NCBI GenBank assembly: GCA_947302715.1
Contig: CAMYVY010000009.1
Span: forward strand, 11,648 to 75,647
DNA length: 64,000 nt
Direction of reading: 5' to 3'
Origin: an uncultured Clostridia bacterium
Lineage (GTDB): Bacteria > Bacillota > Clostridia > Peptostreptococcales > Anaerovoracaceae
Positions 48,993-59,600 of this stretch are shown piece by piece; the first letter of the stretch is position 1, and each line of letters starts with the position of its first letter. The notes beneath the pieces are model-generated. The model made no database searches, was not told where the DNA came from, and saw only the letters and a list, made by a program, of their open reading frames with translations. The translations under genes and the position numbers were made by a program.

Positions 48993-50270
48993 TCATGAAC
49001 AATCAATTTCGAATACTCCCGGCTGTAACGTCGTATCTTCAACAAAACGGAATGTCGCGTGCGGGTACAGTCCGGCAAAGTAGTTGCGATTAGCACCGTT
49101 ATGACCAACAGCGTTGGAAATCCAACTTGGTGAGCAGCGTATTGTGATTACGATTGAGTCGCTGTCGGCATGTTGATTTAAGTCATGTTTCTCGCTGACT
49201 ATATCATATGCAAGCTTCTCTTTGATGTGCTCACAATTGAGTTTCGCTTTTATGATGTCGCGGGCAATTTCACCTTCGACGAGCTGACGAAATGCCGGAT
49301 GATATGCGCCGGTATTTATTTCGCCAAGATTGTTGCTGTTTATGATATCGGTACTTTTTAGCCCAACTCGCATGATGTAGACGCCGGCGCTGTCGAGCAC
49401 TTCATAGACGGCTTTGCTCATGGAAATGGCCTGGTCGCGTGTGAGAGGCGTGTATTCGCCTCGCCGGTACATGTCCATGAGCTCGGTTCCCTCGAGAACC
49501 AGGGTTGGATAGATTCTCGCGAATTTTGGGGAGAGCTTAACGGCTTCTTTTGCTGAATAAATACATGATTCGAGTGAATCTCCGGGGAGGCCGACCATAA
49601 GTTGTATACCTAAATTGAAACACGGGTCTGACGTCACGATGCCGGCATCCGCATTCGCATTCGCATTCACACTCGCACTAGCATTTATATTTATGTTTGC
49701 GTTTGCGTCTACCGCTGTGTGGGGAATTGTATGCGATGGTGCGTGGCGGTATTCGGTTATCATGCGGCAGGCACGTCTTACGGTTTCGCTGTCGTGCCCG
49801 CGCTTGGATTTTGATAGTACCTGATCATCAAAACTCTGAACGCCGAGTTCGATGGTTCGCACTCCATACGAAGCAAGCAAGTCAAGAATCTCAGGGGTTA
49901 TGCAGTCGGGTCGCGTGGATAGGTGAAGGCCGCTCACGACGCCTGTGCGCACGTACTCGTATGCGACCTTTAGATAGCTTTCTTGGATTGCGAGTGGAAT
50001 TGCAGTGAAGCTACCACCATAAAATGCGATTTCGATTTCCGAGTTGCTATCAAGGGGAGAATTCTGACCAGCAGCTCTCGAGTCTTTGAAGTGAAAAGGT
50101 GATTGCTTATCCGGTGCCAAAGTCGTGAGCCAAGTGTCGATTGTCGTTCGGACTTCATCCAATGTCGGTGCTTTCGTCCTTGCTGTTATCTGTTTTTGGT
50201 CGCAAAAAACACAGGATTCAGAGCATCCTATGTGCGGCACAAATATTGGAATAATCGCATGTTTCTTCAC
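48993..50270 (-). CDS. Radical SAM protein (Elp3/YhcC-like, no acetyltransferase domain evident)
   Basis: CxxxCxxC 'GCSESCVFC', 'AFYGGSFT', 'STRPD', 'IELGVQS', 'RIYPTLV..GT.L'. Confidence 0.85.
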   Translation of the reverse strand: MKKHAIIPIFVPHIGCSESCVFCDQKQITARTKAPTLDEVRTTIDTWLTTLAPDKQSPFHFKDSRAAGQNSPLDSNSEIEIAFYGGSFTAIPLAIQESYLKVAYEYVRTGVVSGLHLSTRPDCITPEILDLLASYGVRTIELGVQSFDDQVLSKSKRGHDSETVRRACRMITEYRHAPSHTIPHTAVDANANININASASVNANANADAGIVTSDPCFNLGIQLMVGLPGDSLESCIYSAKEAVKLSPKFARIYPTLVLEGTELMDMYRRGEYTPLTRDQAISMSKAVYEVLDSAGVYIMRVGLKSTDIINSNNLGEINTGAYHPAFRQLVEGEIARDIIKAKLNCEHIKEKLAYDIVSEKHDLNQHADSDSIVITIRCSPSWISNAVGHNGANRNYFAGLYPHATFRFVEDTTLQPGVFEIDCS

Positions 50271-50333
50271 AGTATGGAACCACTTCCCAAGATCATGTGT
50301 GGCCAGTCGGACAGGGGTTGATAATCGAGCGAA

Positions 50334-50981
50334 TCACAGTATGGAACCAATGTCGGTGAGTTGATACTCAGGGAACCACTTGGGAGTCAATCCGTGATTT
50401 TCAACAAATTCCACGATTCGAGCAAAGTCGGGGTGCTTGGCCAAGTTGCCATTGAAAATGAATTCATTAAGCACTTTGCCTGAAGCGCCACCGATGAACC
50501 CGGTATCAAAACCATCAAGGCGGATAAATCCCGGCTCGATAAGCAAGACCTCCAGCTCCGGGTATTCCTCGCATGCCTCCGCAATACCGCGGTCCGAAGT
50601 GATGATGCTGTTTTCGTCGATTATTGCCACGTTGCATTTGGTGTAGCCTTGGGCAACATCAATCATTATCATACCCATGTCCTTCGCCGCTTGAAGCAAA
50701 GCAGGATCGGTAATCTCAAAATTATGAATGAAGTATTTACCCGTACAGGCTGCATTGTACTTTGAATCGTCAGGGTATTCAGGCCCCAAATTGGCATCAA
50801 TCGCATAAAAAACCGGGGCGTCATCAGAAATACCCATTTTGCACAAGAAAACATCAGGATGATTTGAAATCGCTTTCCCTACAATCCCTTCGGTTTCAAC
50901 AAGTTCAAGGTCTTGTCCCGTAGTCAAAATGTATTCCCTGAGTCTTCGGTTTGCGTCTTTTGCTATATATGTTTTTCCCAT
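50334..50981 (-). CDS. DUF6873-like (GME/pentein-fold) protein
   Basis: 'HPD', 'YP.D..YNA', 'QGYTKC', 'ITSD.GI', 'GFIGGASG', 'DIGS' pattern. Confidence 0.6.
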   Translation of the reverse strand: MGKTYIAKDANRRLREYILTTGQDLELVETEGIVGKAISNHPDVFLCKMGISDDAPVFYAIDANLGPEYPDDSKYNAACTGKYFIHNFEITDPALLQAAKDMGMIMIDVAQGYTKCNVAIIDENSIITSDRGIAEACEEYPELEVLLIEPGFIRLDGFDTGFIGGASGKVLNEFIFNGNLAKHPDFARIVEFVENHGLTPKWFPEYQLTDIGSIL

Positions 50982-51238
50982 AAATCTATCGTAATTTTAA
51001 AACTGTCTGCTTACGAGTATATTATACTATTAAATCCCTTGAAAAACCATACCCTTACATATTATAATATGAAATTAAGATTTAGCGATTTAATTCGTGA
51101 AACTATTCTCGCTTTTCACAGTAAATCGCGAGTTTGTATTGCAAGAATACAAATGACTAATTTAGATGATTAAAAACCAAATGGAGCAGATATAAGGAAT
51201 CGAAAAAGGCAAATATAATCAAAGGGAATACGGAGGAC

Positions 51239-53251
51239 TTGATGGCTGATATGAATGACAAAATGAACGAAACGAATGGATCGAATGACACGATGGAAAA
51301 TTTGGCAAACGACAGAAAAAAGCTCGCGGAGCTGATTTTTCCGAACCTGAAATATACACCCGAGGAATTGGAAGCAAAGTATCCACCAAGAAATCTGCCG
51401 GGCGGCGAAGGTGCAAAGGTGACTCGCCTCGGACCGAGCCCGACCGGGTTTATCCATCTGGGCAATCTCTATGGTGCTTTTGTTGACGAGAGGCTGGCGC
51501 ATCAATCGGGCGGAGCGTTCTTCCTTCGAATCGAGGATACGGACGACAAGCGTTACGTGGAAGGCGCGGTTGAGACAATAATTGATTCGCTCGGTTTTTT
51601 TGATATCAATTTTGATGAGGGTGCGACCAAGGACGGTGATGTGGGCAGCTACGGCGATTATACGCAGAGCCATCGCGGCGAAATATATGCTGCATTTGCG
51701 AAGAAACTCGTCGAGCAGGGAGATGCATATCCATGCTTCCTGACGGAGGATGAGATTTCGGAAATTCGCGCCAAACAGGAAGCAGCAAAGGGGAACCCGG
51801 GGATATATGGCGAGTTCGCGCCTTACAGAGAGGTGACTGCTGATGAGGCAGAGAAGCTGATTGCAGAGGGGAAGACCTATGTGATTCGTCTAAAATCGAG
51901 CGGAGAGCCACCGGCAGCAAAACCGGCAGTGCAGGGCGATTCGGGGTCAGCAAAGACTGCAGCGCAGGGCAATCCTAATTCAGCAAAACCGGCAGTGCAG
52001 GGCGATCCTAATTCTGCAAAGGCTGCAGTGCAGGACAATCCTGATTCAGTAAAACCGGCTACAAGCGAAGATTCGATCGATACGGAATCAGCAAATAACG
52101 ATTCTGCGCGCTTCACGGTAATCGATGCGATTCGCGGAGAACTAAGCATGCCGGTTAATTTTCAGGATACGGTCATCCTAAAGACCACGGGCATTCCGAC
52201 ATATCATTTTGCGCATGTTGTCGATGATCATCTGATGAGGACGACGCATGTTGTGCGCGGCGAGGAGTGGCTCCCGTCGCTTCCGATACATGTCGAGCTA
52301 TTCGAGAAGCTCGGTTGGGAACTTCCGATTTATTGCCATACCGCGCAGCTCATGAAAATCGGTGACGACGGAAACAAGCGCAAATTATCCAAGCGCCATG
52401 ATCCGGAACTTGCGCTCGACTATTACAGAAAACAAGGATATCATCCGGCGGCAGTGAGGGAGTATCTGCTCACGATCCTGAATTCCAATTTCGAGGAGTG
52501 GCGCGCAGAGAATCCGACGGCTGACATAGATGAATTTGAATTCACTACAGAGAAGATGAGCAACTCCGGGGCGCTCTTTGATCTTGATAAATTGAATGAC
52601 GTAAGCAAGGACGTACTTCTCAAAATCCCTGCGACGGAGATAATCGAGTTCCTGGAAAACTGGGCAAAAGAATTTAGACCCGAGGTTCTCGGAATCTTTG
52701 ATGACAAGGATTATTTGACGAAGGTTATTGACCTTGGACGAAACGATGCCAAGCCCAGAAAGGACTTGATTTATGCGGAGCAAATAGTTCAGTTCATCAG
52801 CTATTTCTTCGATGACCTTTACGAAGATCAAAGCTGGATTGCTGCTGGTTCAGATTTGTCTAAAGATAATGTGGGTGCTGCTGGTTCAGATACGGCAGAA
52901 GTTGGAACAACTGCTGAGAATAACCTCTACCCAAACGAGGACTTCCCTGCGGAGGTTCCGACGGAAGATGTGCCTTTGATCCTCGAGAAATATCTTGCTA
53001 CCTACGACCATGGCGATGATCAGAGCCAGTGGTTCGACAAGATTAGGGAAATCGCAACCGAGCTTGGCTATGCGGCCAAGCCGAAGGACTTCAAGAAGGA
53101 ACCCGATAAATACAAGGGCCACGTCGGTCACGTAAGCACCGTAATTCGAGTGGCTTTGATGGGGCGCACACAGTCTCCGGACGTTCATACCATACAACAA
53201 ATCCTCGGCGAAGAACGCACCAAGGAGCGAATCGGCAACCATTTGAGATAG
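51239..53251 (+). CDS. gltX: Glutamate-tRNA ligase with two repeat insertions
   Basis: '[14 protein letters not shown]' (HIGH), 'LRIEDTD', '[13 protein letters not shown]', 'RKLSKR' (KMSKS). Confidence 0.93.
   Translation: MMADMNDKMNETNGSNDTMENLANDRKKLAELIFPNLKYTPEELEAKYPPRNLPGGEGAKVTRLGPSPTGFIHLGNLYGAFVDERLAHQSGGAFFLRIEDTDDKRYVEGAVETIIDSLGFFDINFDEGATKDGDVGSYGDYTQSHRGEIYAAFAKKLVEQGDAYPCFLTEDEISEIRAKQEAAKGNPGIYGEFAPYREVTADEAEKLIAEGKTYVIRLKSSGEPPAAKPAVQGDSGSAKTAAQGNPNSAKPAVQGDPNSAKAAVQDNPDSVKPATSEDSIDTESANNDSARFTVIDAIRGELSMPVNFQDTVILKTTGIPTYHFAHVVDDHLMRTTHVVRGEEWLPSLPIHVELFEKLGWELPIYCHTAQLMKIGDDGNKRKLSKRHDPELALDYYRKQGYHPAAVREYLLTILNSNFEEWRAENPTADIDEFEFTTEKMSNSGALFDLDKLNDVSKDVLLKIPATEIIEFLENWAKEFRPEVLGIFDDKDYLTKVIDLGRNDAKPRKDLIYAEQIVQFISYFFDDLYEDQSWIAAGSDLSKDNVGAAGSDTAEVGTTAENNLYPNEDFPAEVPTEDVPLILEKYLATYDHGDDQSQWFDKIREIATELGYAAKPKDFKKEPDKYKGHVGHVSTVIRVALMGRTQSPDVHTIQQILGEERTKERIGNHLR
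51915..52059 (+). repeat. 33-bp in-frame tandem repeat in gltX (4 copies plus a partial)
   Basis: Units start at 51915, 51948, 51981, 52014 and 52047, encoding AKPAVQGD(S/P)(G/N)S-like 11-mers. Confidence 0.9.
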
Positions 53252-53276
53252 AGAGGTAATTATCAACACATTATTT

Positions 53277-54203
53277 ATGGTCAATTTAGGGAACAGCTGG
53301 GACAGACTCTTGGCTGCAGAATTCGAAAGTGAATACTATCTGAAGCTGAGGGAGTTCCTGAAAACTGAATACAAGGAGCATACGGTTTATCCGGACATGC
53401 ATGACATATTTAATGCGCTCAAGGTGACAGCGTACGAGGATGTCAAGGTTGTGATTCTGGGTCAGGACCCGTATCACGAGCCTGCTCAGGCGCATGGTAT
53501 GGCGTTCTCGGTCAGTCCGGGAATCAAGCAGCCGCCGTCGCTCGTAAACATATTCAAGGAACTCAAGGACGATTTGGGAATCGAGCCGCCACCAAAGGAC
53601 TACGGCTATTTGATGAACTGGGCTGAGCAAGGCGTGCTTCTGCTCAATACGTGCCTCACGGTTCGAGCGCACCAGGCAGGATCTCACAGGAACAAAGGCT
53701 GGGAACGCCTGACGGATCGAATTATCGAGCTTTTGGCGAAGCGACCTGAGCCTTTGGTTTTCATTCTGTGGGGAGCTAATGCGAGGAGCAAGGTTCCGAT
53801 TATCGAAGCAGCTCGCACGAATGCGATGCAGGATGGTATTCCTTCGCAGGCCGGCCCGGGACTAAGCTCAGCAGAGACCATGCCACAGACCGGCCCGGGA
53901 CTAAGCTCAGCAGAGGCCATGCCAAAGACCGGCCCGGGACTAAGCTCAGCAGAGACCATGCCACAGACCGGCCGGGGACTAAGCTCAGCAGAGACCATGC
54001 CAAAGACCGGCCCGGGACTAAGCTCAGCAGAGGCCATGCCAAAGACCTGCCAGGGACTAAGCAGGCACTTGATTTTGGAAGGGCCGCACCCGAGCCCGCT
54101 ATCGGCATACAGCGGGTTCTTCGGAGGACACTATTTTTCGAAGGCAAACGAGTTCCTTGAGGCGCATGGAGAAAGCCCAATCGATTGGCGCATCACGCAC
54201 TGA
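53277..54203 (+). CDS. ung: Uracil-DNA glycosylase (family 1) with a repeat insertion
   Basis: 'ILGQDPYH', 'AHGMAFS', 'PPSL.NI', 'GVLLLN', 'HPSPLSA'. Confidence 0.95.
   Translation: MVNLGNSWDRLLAAEFESEYYLKLREFLKTEYKEHTVYPDMHDIFNALKVTAYEDVKVVILGQDPYHEPAQAHGMAFSVSPGIKQPPSLVNIFKELKDDLGIEPPPKDYGYLMNWAEQGVLLLNTCLTVRAHQAGSHRNKGWERLTDRIIELLAKRPEPLVFILWGANARSKVPIIEAARTNAMQDGIPSQAGPGLSSAETMPQTGPGLSSAEAMPKTGPGLSSAETMPQTGRGLSSAETMPKTGPGLSSAEAMPKTCQGLSRHLILEGPHPSPLSAYSGFFGGHYFSKANEFLEAHGESPIDWRITH
53853..54062 (+). repeat. 39-bp in-frame tandem repeat in ung (5 copies plus a partial)
   Basis: Units start at 53853, 53892, 53931, 53970, 54009 and 54048; G(P/R)GLSSAE(T/A)MP(Q/K)T. Confidence 0.95.
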
Positions 54204-54244
54204 TATATGGCCGTTCAGGATTTGGCTGAATACCACTGGCCGCG

Positions 54245-54557
54245 TTTGTTCGGGAAAGAGCCAAAATAGTAAAAATATGCATTCGGGAAGTTGAAAAAAA
54301 TGCAATTTCCCGAACAATCAGGCTGTATTGGGAGGCTTTGTTCGGGAAAGAGCCAAAAAAGCAAAAATACGCATTCGGGAAATTGAAAAAAATGCAATTT
54401 CCCGAACAATCAGGCTGTATTGGGAGGCTTTGTTCGGGAAAGAGCCAAAAAAGCAAAAATATGCATTCGGGAAATTGAAAAAAATGCAATTTCCCGAACA
54501 ATCAGGCTGTACCCGAACAATCAGGCTGTATTGGAACAATCAGGCTGTACCCGAACA
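54245..54557. repeat. Intergenic array: 3 x 92-bp palindromic units plus 3 x 19-bp sub-repeats
   Basis: Units start at 54245, 54337 and 54429; 19-bp units at 54493, 54512 and 54531; inverted repeats ttgttcgggaaa / tttcccgaacaa. Confidence 0.93.
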
Positions 54558-54636
54558 GGTGATAGTGAGAGAGCAATTAACAAGTGGTTAGTTAATAAAT
54601 AGTAAGCAAACTAAAGGAGATAAGAAAGAGATCAAA

Positions 54637-56508
54637 ATGGCAGAGAGACAGAAGATTATTAACATAGCGGTTATTGCGCACGTTGATGCGGGGAAGTCGA
54701 CCTTGGTTGATGCGTTTCTGAAGCAGAGCGGCGTGTTTAGAGATAATGAAGAAATTGTGGATTGCGTCATGGATTCTGACGATATCGAGCGTGAGCGCGG
54801 AATCACTATTTACAGCAAGAATTGCTCGATTATGCATGGCGATACCAAGATAAACATCGTGGACACTCCGGGCCACGCGGACTTTAGTTCTGAGGTTGAG
54901 CGAATCATGAAGACCGTCGACACGGTGATTCTTCTCGTGGATTCGAGCGAAGGCCCCATGCCGCAGACGCGCTTTGTTCTAACAAAGTCGCTGGAGCAGG
55001 GCCTGGACCCGATTCTTTTCATAAACAAAATCGACAAGAAGGACGCCAGAATCGATGAGGTTGTCGACGAGGTCTATGAACTTTTCATGGATCTAAATGC
55101 GAGCGACAGTCAGCTTGACTTCCCGATACTCTACGGAATTGCGAGACAGGGAATCGCGGTTAAAGATCCGTCCGAGGTTCAGGGGATTGAAGTTGAACAG
55201 GGCAACGTCAAGATGAAGCATACGCCCGAGGGCTATGGTGGCTTTGATCTAAAGCCGCTGTTCGATACGATAATCGAGCATTGCGAGCCTTATCCGGACA
55301 GAAGAGATGAGCCGCTACAGATGCAGGTTTCGACGTTGGCATATGATGATTATATCGGGCGTCTGGGCATTGGACGCATAACCCGCGGTACGCTTAAGGA
55401 AGCTCAAACCGTTGCAGTTACTAAAGAAGACGGCTCGGTGGTTCAGAGAAAGATAAACCAGGTCTTTGTCTATAGAGGACTAAAGAGGATGCCGGTTCAG
55501 GAAGCGCAGTGCGGAGACATAGTCGTAATCTCAGGAATCTCGGACATTTCGATAGGAGAGACGATTTGTGATCCGGAACATCCCGAAGCGATGGAGATGA
55601 TTCATATCGAGGAGCCGACGCTTTCGATGAACTTCATGGTTAATGCGTCGCCGTTTGCCGGCAAGGTCGGTAAATACGTAACGTCGCGCCATATCAGGGA
55701 GAGACTAAATAAGGAACTCGAGGTCAACGTTGGACTGACGGTAGAGGAAACTGACTCTACCGACTGCTTTAAGGTTTCAGGACGCGGCGAATTGCATCTT
55801 TCGATTTTGATAGAGAACATGCGACGCGAAGGCTATGAACTCGCGGTTTCAAAACCGGAGGTTATTTATCATAGGGGCGAAAACGGTCAGAAACTGGAGC
55901 CTGTCGAAGAAGTCATCATAAGCGTTCCGGACGAATATTCCGGATCGGTGATTTCGAAGCTCAATCTAAGGAAGGGCATCATGATTCAGATGACAGGCGA
56001 AAATGGCTATCAGAAATTGGAGTATCATGCGCCGACGAGGGGACTGCTCGGATATCGCTCGGAATTCATCAATGACACTCACGGCGAGGGTACCATGGAG
56101 CGCAGGTTCTATGATTTTGAGGAGTACAAAGGCGACATTCCCGGGCGCACGAATGGCGTTGCGATAGCGATTGAAGAAGGCGACTGCACGCCCTATGCGC
56201 TCTTCAATATAGGCGAACGTGTCCAGATGTTTGTGGAACCGGGAACCAGGGTTTATGAGGGAATGATCGTCGGAATGAATTCGCGCTCTGACGACATGGA
56301 AGTTAACCCATGTAAGGCGAAGAAGGCGAGCAATATGCGAGCCGCCGGATCGGATGAGAATATCAAGCTGTCGCCTGCGAGACATTTTACTTTGGAGGAA
56401 GCTCTGGAGTTTATCGCAGATGATGAGCTTGTTGAGATAACACCTGACGACATCAGACTCAGAAAGAAACTGCTTCACGAACTGGAGCGTCGTCGGGCTA
56501 ATAGATAA
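54637..56508 (+). CDS. typA: Translational GTPase TypA/BipA
   Basis: 'IAHVDAGKSTL', 'ERERGITI', 'DTPGHADF', 'NKID', 'VSGRGELHL', 'LEEALEFI..DELVE.TP..IRLRK'. Confidence 0.97.
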   Translation: MAERQKIINIAVIAHVDAGKSTLVDAFLKQSGVFRDNEEIVDCVMDSDDIERERGITIYSKNCSIMHGDTKINIVDTPGHADFSSEVERIMKTVDTVILLVDSSEGPMPQTRFVLTKSLEQGLDPILFINKIDKKDARIDEVVDEVYELFMDLNASDSQLDFPILYGIARQGIAVKDPSEVQGIEVEQGNVKMKHTPEGYGGFDLKPLFDTIIEHCEPYPDRRDEPLQMQVSTLAYDDYIGRLGIGRITRGTLKEAQTVAVTKEDGSVVQRKINQVFVYRGLKRMPVQEAQCGDIVVISGISDISIGETICDPEHPEAMEMIHIEEPTLSMNFMVNASPFAGKVGKYVTSRHIRERLNKELEVNVGLTVEETDSTDCFKVSGRGELHLSILIENMRREGYELAVSKPEVIYHRGENGQKLEPVEEVIISVPDEYSGSVISKLNLRKGIMIQMTGENGYQKLEYHAPTRGLLGYRSEFINDTHGEGTMERRFYDFEEYKGDIPGRTNGVAIAIEEGDCTPYALFNIGERVQMFVEPGTRVYEGMIVGMNSRSDDMEVNPCKAKKASNMRAAGSDENIKLSPARHFTLEEALEFIADDELVEITPDDIRLRKKLLHELERRRANR

Positions 56509-56536
56509 GTCATTATTATTAAAAGAGCTTTTGTAC

Positions 56537-56647
56537 TGCCATATGGCGACCGCTCCCGCTTACGTCTCAGCGCGCGAATCTAAGCTCTCGCTTCGCTTAC
56601 GCTCGCGAATCGCTAAGAGTCGCCTGAGCCGATGTCACCATATGACA
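56537..56647. repeat. REP/MITE-like 111-bp element with terminal inverted repeats
   Basis: tgccatatggcgac ... gtcaccatatgaca (12/14 match), internal ctcag/ctgag pairing and two cgcttacg motifs. Confidence 0.55.
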
Positions 56648-56697
56648 GCACAAAAACTCCATCGAACAATAATTTAAGAGTATAAAGAGGTGTGTAA

Positions 56698-59600
56698 ATG
56701 GCGAAAGAAAAAGTGACAAAGAAGAACGTTAAGTCGGCAGCAAAGAAGGAAGCAAAGCCGGCTGCAAAGACAGCAAAGAAGTCGGCTGCAAAGAAAGAAG
56801 CAAGTATAGAGATGAAACCGGCGAAGAAACAAACAGCTAAGAAGGAGATTCGTCCGATTAAACGTGTTATGGTTGCGAACCGCGGAGAGATTGCGATACG
56901 TGTATTCCGCGCATGCCAGGAACTTGGAATCAGAACCGTAGCCATCTATTCGGAAGAGGATAAAAATGCTCTCTTCAGATACAAGGCCGACGAGTCGTAT
57001 CAGATTGGAAGAGGCAAGACTCCTGTTGCGACCTATCTCTCGATTGACGAGATAATCGATTTGGCGAAGGCCAAGGGCGTAGATGCGATTCACCCCGGCT
57101 ATGGATTCCTGGCGGAGAACACGACCTTTGCCAAGGCCTGTGAGGCTGCAGGAATTGAATTCATCGGACCGACGGCAGAGATGATGGACAGCCTGGGCGA
57201 CAAAATCAAATCCAAGCTGGTTGCTGCAAGCGTTGGCGTTCCAACGATTCCGGGAATCGATGCCGCGATCAAGGATGAGAAGGAAGCAAAGAAATTCGCA
57301 AAGGAATGCGGATATCCTGTAATGCTAAAGGCATCTGCGGGCGGCGGCGGACGCGGAATGAGAATCGTCCGTAGTGAAAAGGATATAGTAAATGAATTCA
57401 GACGTGCCCAAGGAGAAGCTCTTGCTGCCTTTGGTTCCGATGAAATATTTATAGAAAAGTATCTGGAAAATCCAAAGCATATTGAGGTCCAGGTGCTCGG
57501 TGACAAGTACGGAAATCTGGTTCATCTATATGAGAGAGATTGCTCGATTCAGAGACGTCACCAGAAGGTTATCGAGTTCACTCCATCTCTTACACTCACC
57601 AAGAAACAGAGAGATGCGATATGCAAGGATGCTCTGAAAATTGCTGGCGCTGTTAATTACAGAAGCGCCGGAACCGTTGAATTCCTCTTGGATAACGACG
57701 GCAATCACTACTTCATAGAAATGAATCCGAGAATCCAGGTTGAGCATACGGTTACCGAGATGGTGACGGATATCGATATCGTGCAGTCGCAGATTTTGAT
57801 TGCTCAGGGCTATGCACTTTCCGATCCCGGAATCGATATCAAGTCTCAGGATTCGATCAAAACGACCGGCTATGCAATTCAGTGCAGAATTACAACCGAG
57901 GACCCGGGCGCAGGTTTTGCTCCTGACACGGGAACGTTAGAGATATACAGAAGTGCATCCGGTTACGGTATCCGTCTGGACGGCGGAAACGCGTTCACTG
58001 GTTCGGTCATCTCTCCGTATTACGACAGCCTGCTCGTCAAGGTCACCGCACATGCGCGCACCTTTGATCAGGCAAGAAGGAAGGCAATCCGTGCGCTCAG
58101 AGAAACGGAGATCAAAGGCGTCAAGACGAATGTCGGTTTCATATTAAACGTATTAAACCATCCGAGCTTTGTTGCCGGTGAATGTAATACAGGATTCATT
58201 TCTGCGAACCCGGAACTCCTTGATATTCGTACGTCTCAGGACAAGGAACTCAAGCTGATAACCTTCCTCGGAAACAAGATCGTCAACGAGACGAAGGGCA
58301 GAAAACCGCAGTTCGACGTTCCTATCTTCCCGAGAATTCCGGAGAAGGAAGTGAAGGCTCTTTCGGGAACAAAGCAGCTTTTGGACAAGGAAGGACCGGA
58401 GGCGGTATCCAAATGGGTCTTCAACCAACAGAAGCTCCTCATCACAGATACGACCTTCCGTGATGCGCAGCAGTCGCTCATGGCAACTCGCGTGCGTACA
58501 ATAGACATGGAGAAGATCGCACCGGCGACAGCCCTCTATGGGAAGGACTTCTTCTCACTCGAAATGTGGGGCGGCGCTACCTTTGATACTGCATTCAGAT
58601 TCCTCGGAGAAGATCCGTGGGAGAGACTGACGACGCTCAGAGAAAAGATTCCGAACATCATGTTCCAGATGCTCTTAAGAGGCGCGAATGCCGTTGGTTA
58701 CAAGAATTATCCGGACAACGTGATTCGCGAATTTGTGAAACGTTCGGCGATTGCCGGTATCGATGTATTCAGAATCTTCGATTCACTCAACTGGACTGAG
58801 GGAATGAAGGTCGCCATGGATGAAGCTCTTAAACAGGGAAAGGTCGTCGAAGCATGCATGTGCTATACGGGCGACATCCTGGACATAAGCAGAACCAAGT
58901 ACAACCTGCACTACTATACATCGCTTGCCAAACAGCTCGAGGACATGGGCGCGCATATCATCACAATTAAGGATATGTCCGGTCTGCTTAAGCCGATGGC
59001 TGCGAGAGAATTAATCGGAAGCCTGAAGCAGGAACTCAAGATTCCTGTTAACCTGCATACGCATGACACGAGCGGAAACGGAATTGCGACAGTGCTCATG
59101 GCTGCGCAGGCGGGTGTCGATATCATCGACGCTGCGTTTAACAGCATGGCGGGACTCACGTCTCAGCCTGCGCTGAATTCAATAGTTGCAGCACTCGAAC
59201 ACAGTAATCGAGACACCGGAATCGACCTTGATGGAATTCAAAAGATATCCGAATATTGGAGAGATGTCAGACCGGTATATGCGCAGTTTGAATCCGGACT
59301 CAAGACATCCTCCGCGGAGATATATAAATACGAAATGCCGGGAGGCCAGTATTCGAATCTGAAGGCTCAGGTTGATTCATTTGGACTCGGCCACAAATTT
59401 AACGACGTCAAGGAGATGTACCGTCAGGTGAATCTTATGCTCGGGGATATCGTCAAGGTTACTCCGACATCAAAGGTCGTAGGAGACACAGCGATATTCA
59501 TGGTTCAAAACGAAATGACGCCTGATAACATTCTCGAAAAAGGCCAGGGCGTTGACTTCCCGGATTCGCTCGTTTCGTATATGGAAGGAATGATTGGACA

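Noticed and set aside
54245-54557. Possible CRISPR array
   Set aside because: Sequence between palindromes is near-identical in each unit (no unique spacers) and no cas genes are present.
54099-54602. Several 60-100 aa ORFs across the 92-bp array
   Set aside because: Translations simply repeat the DNA unit in different frames; no RBS or family signal.
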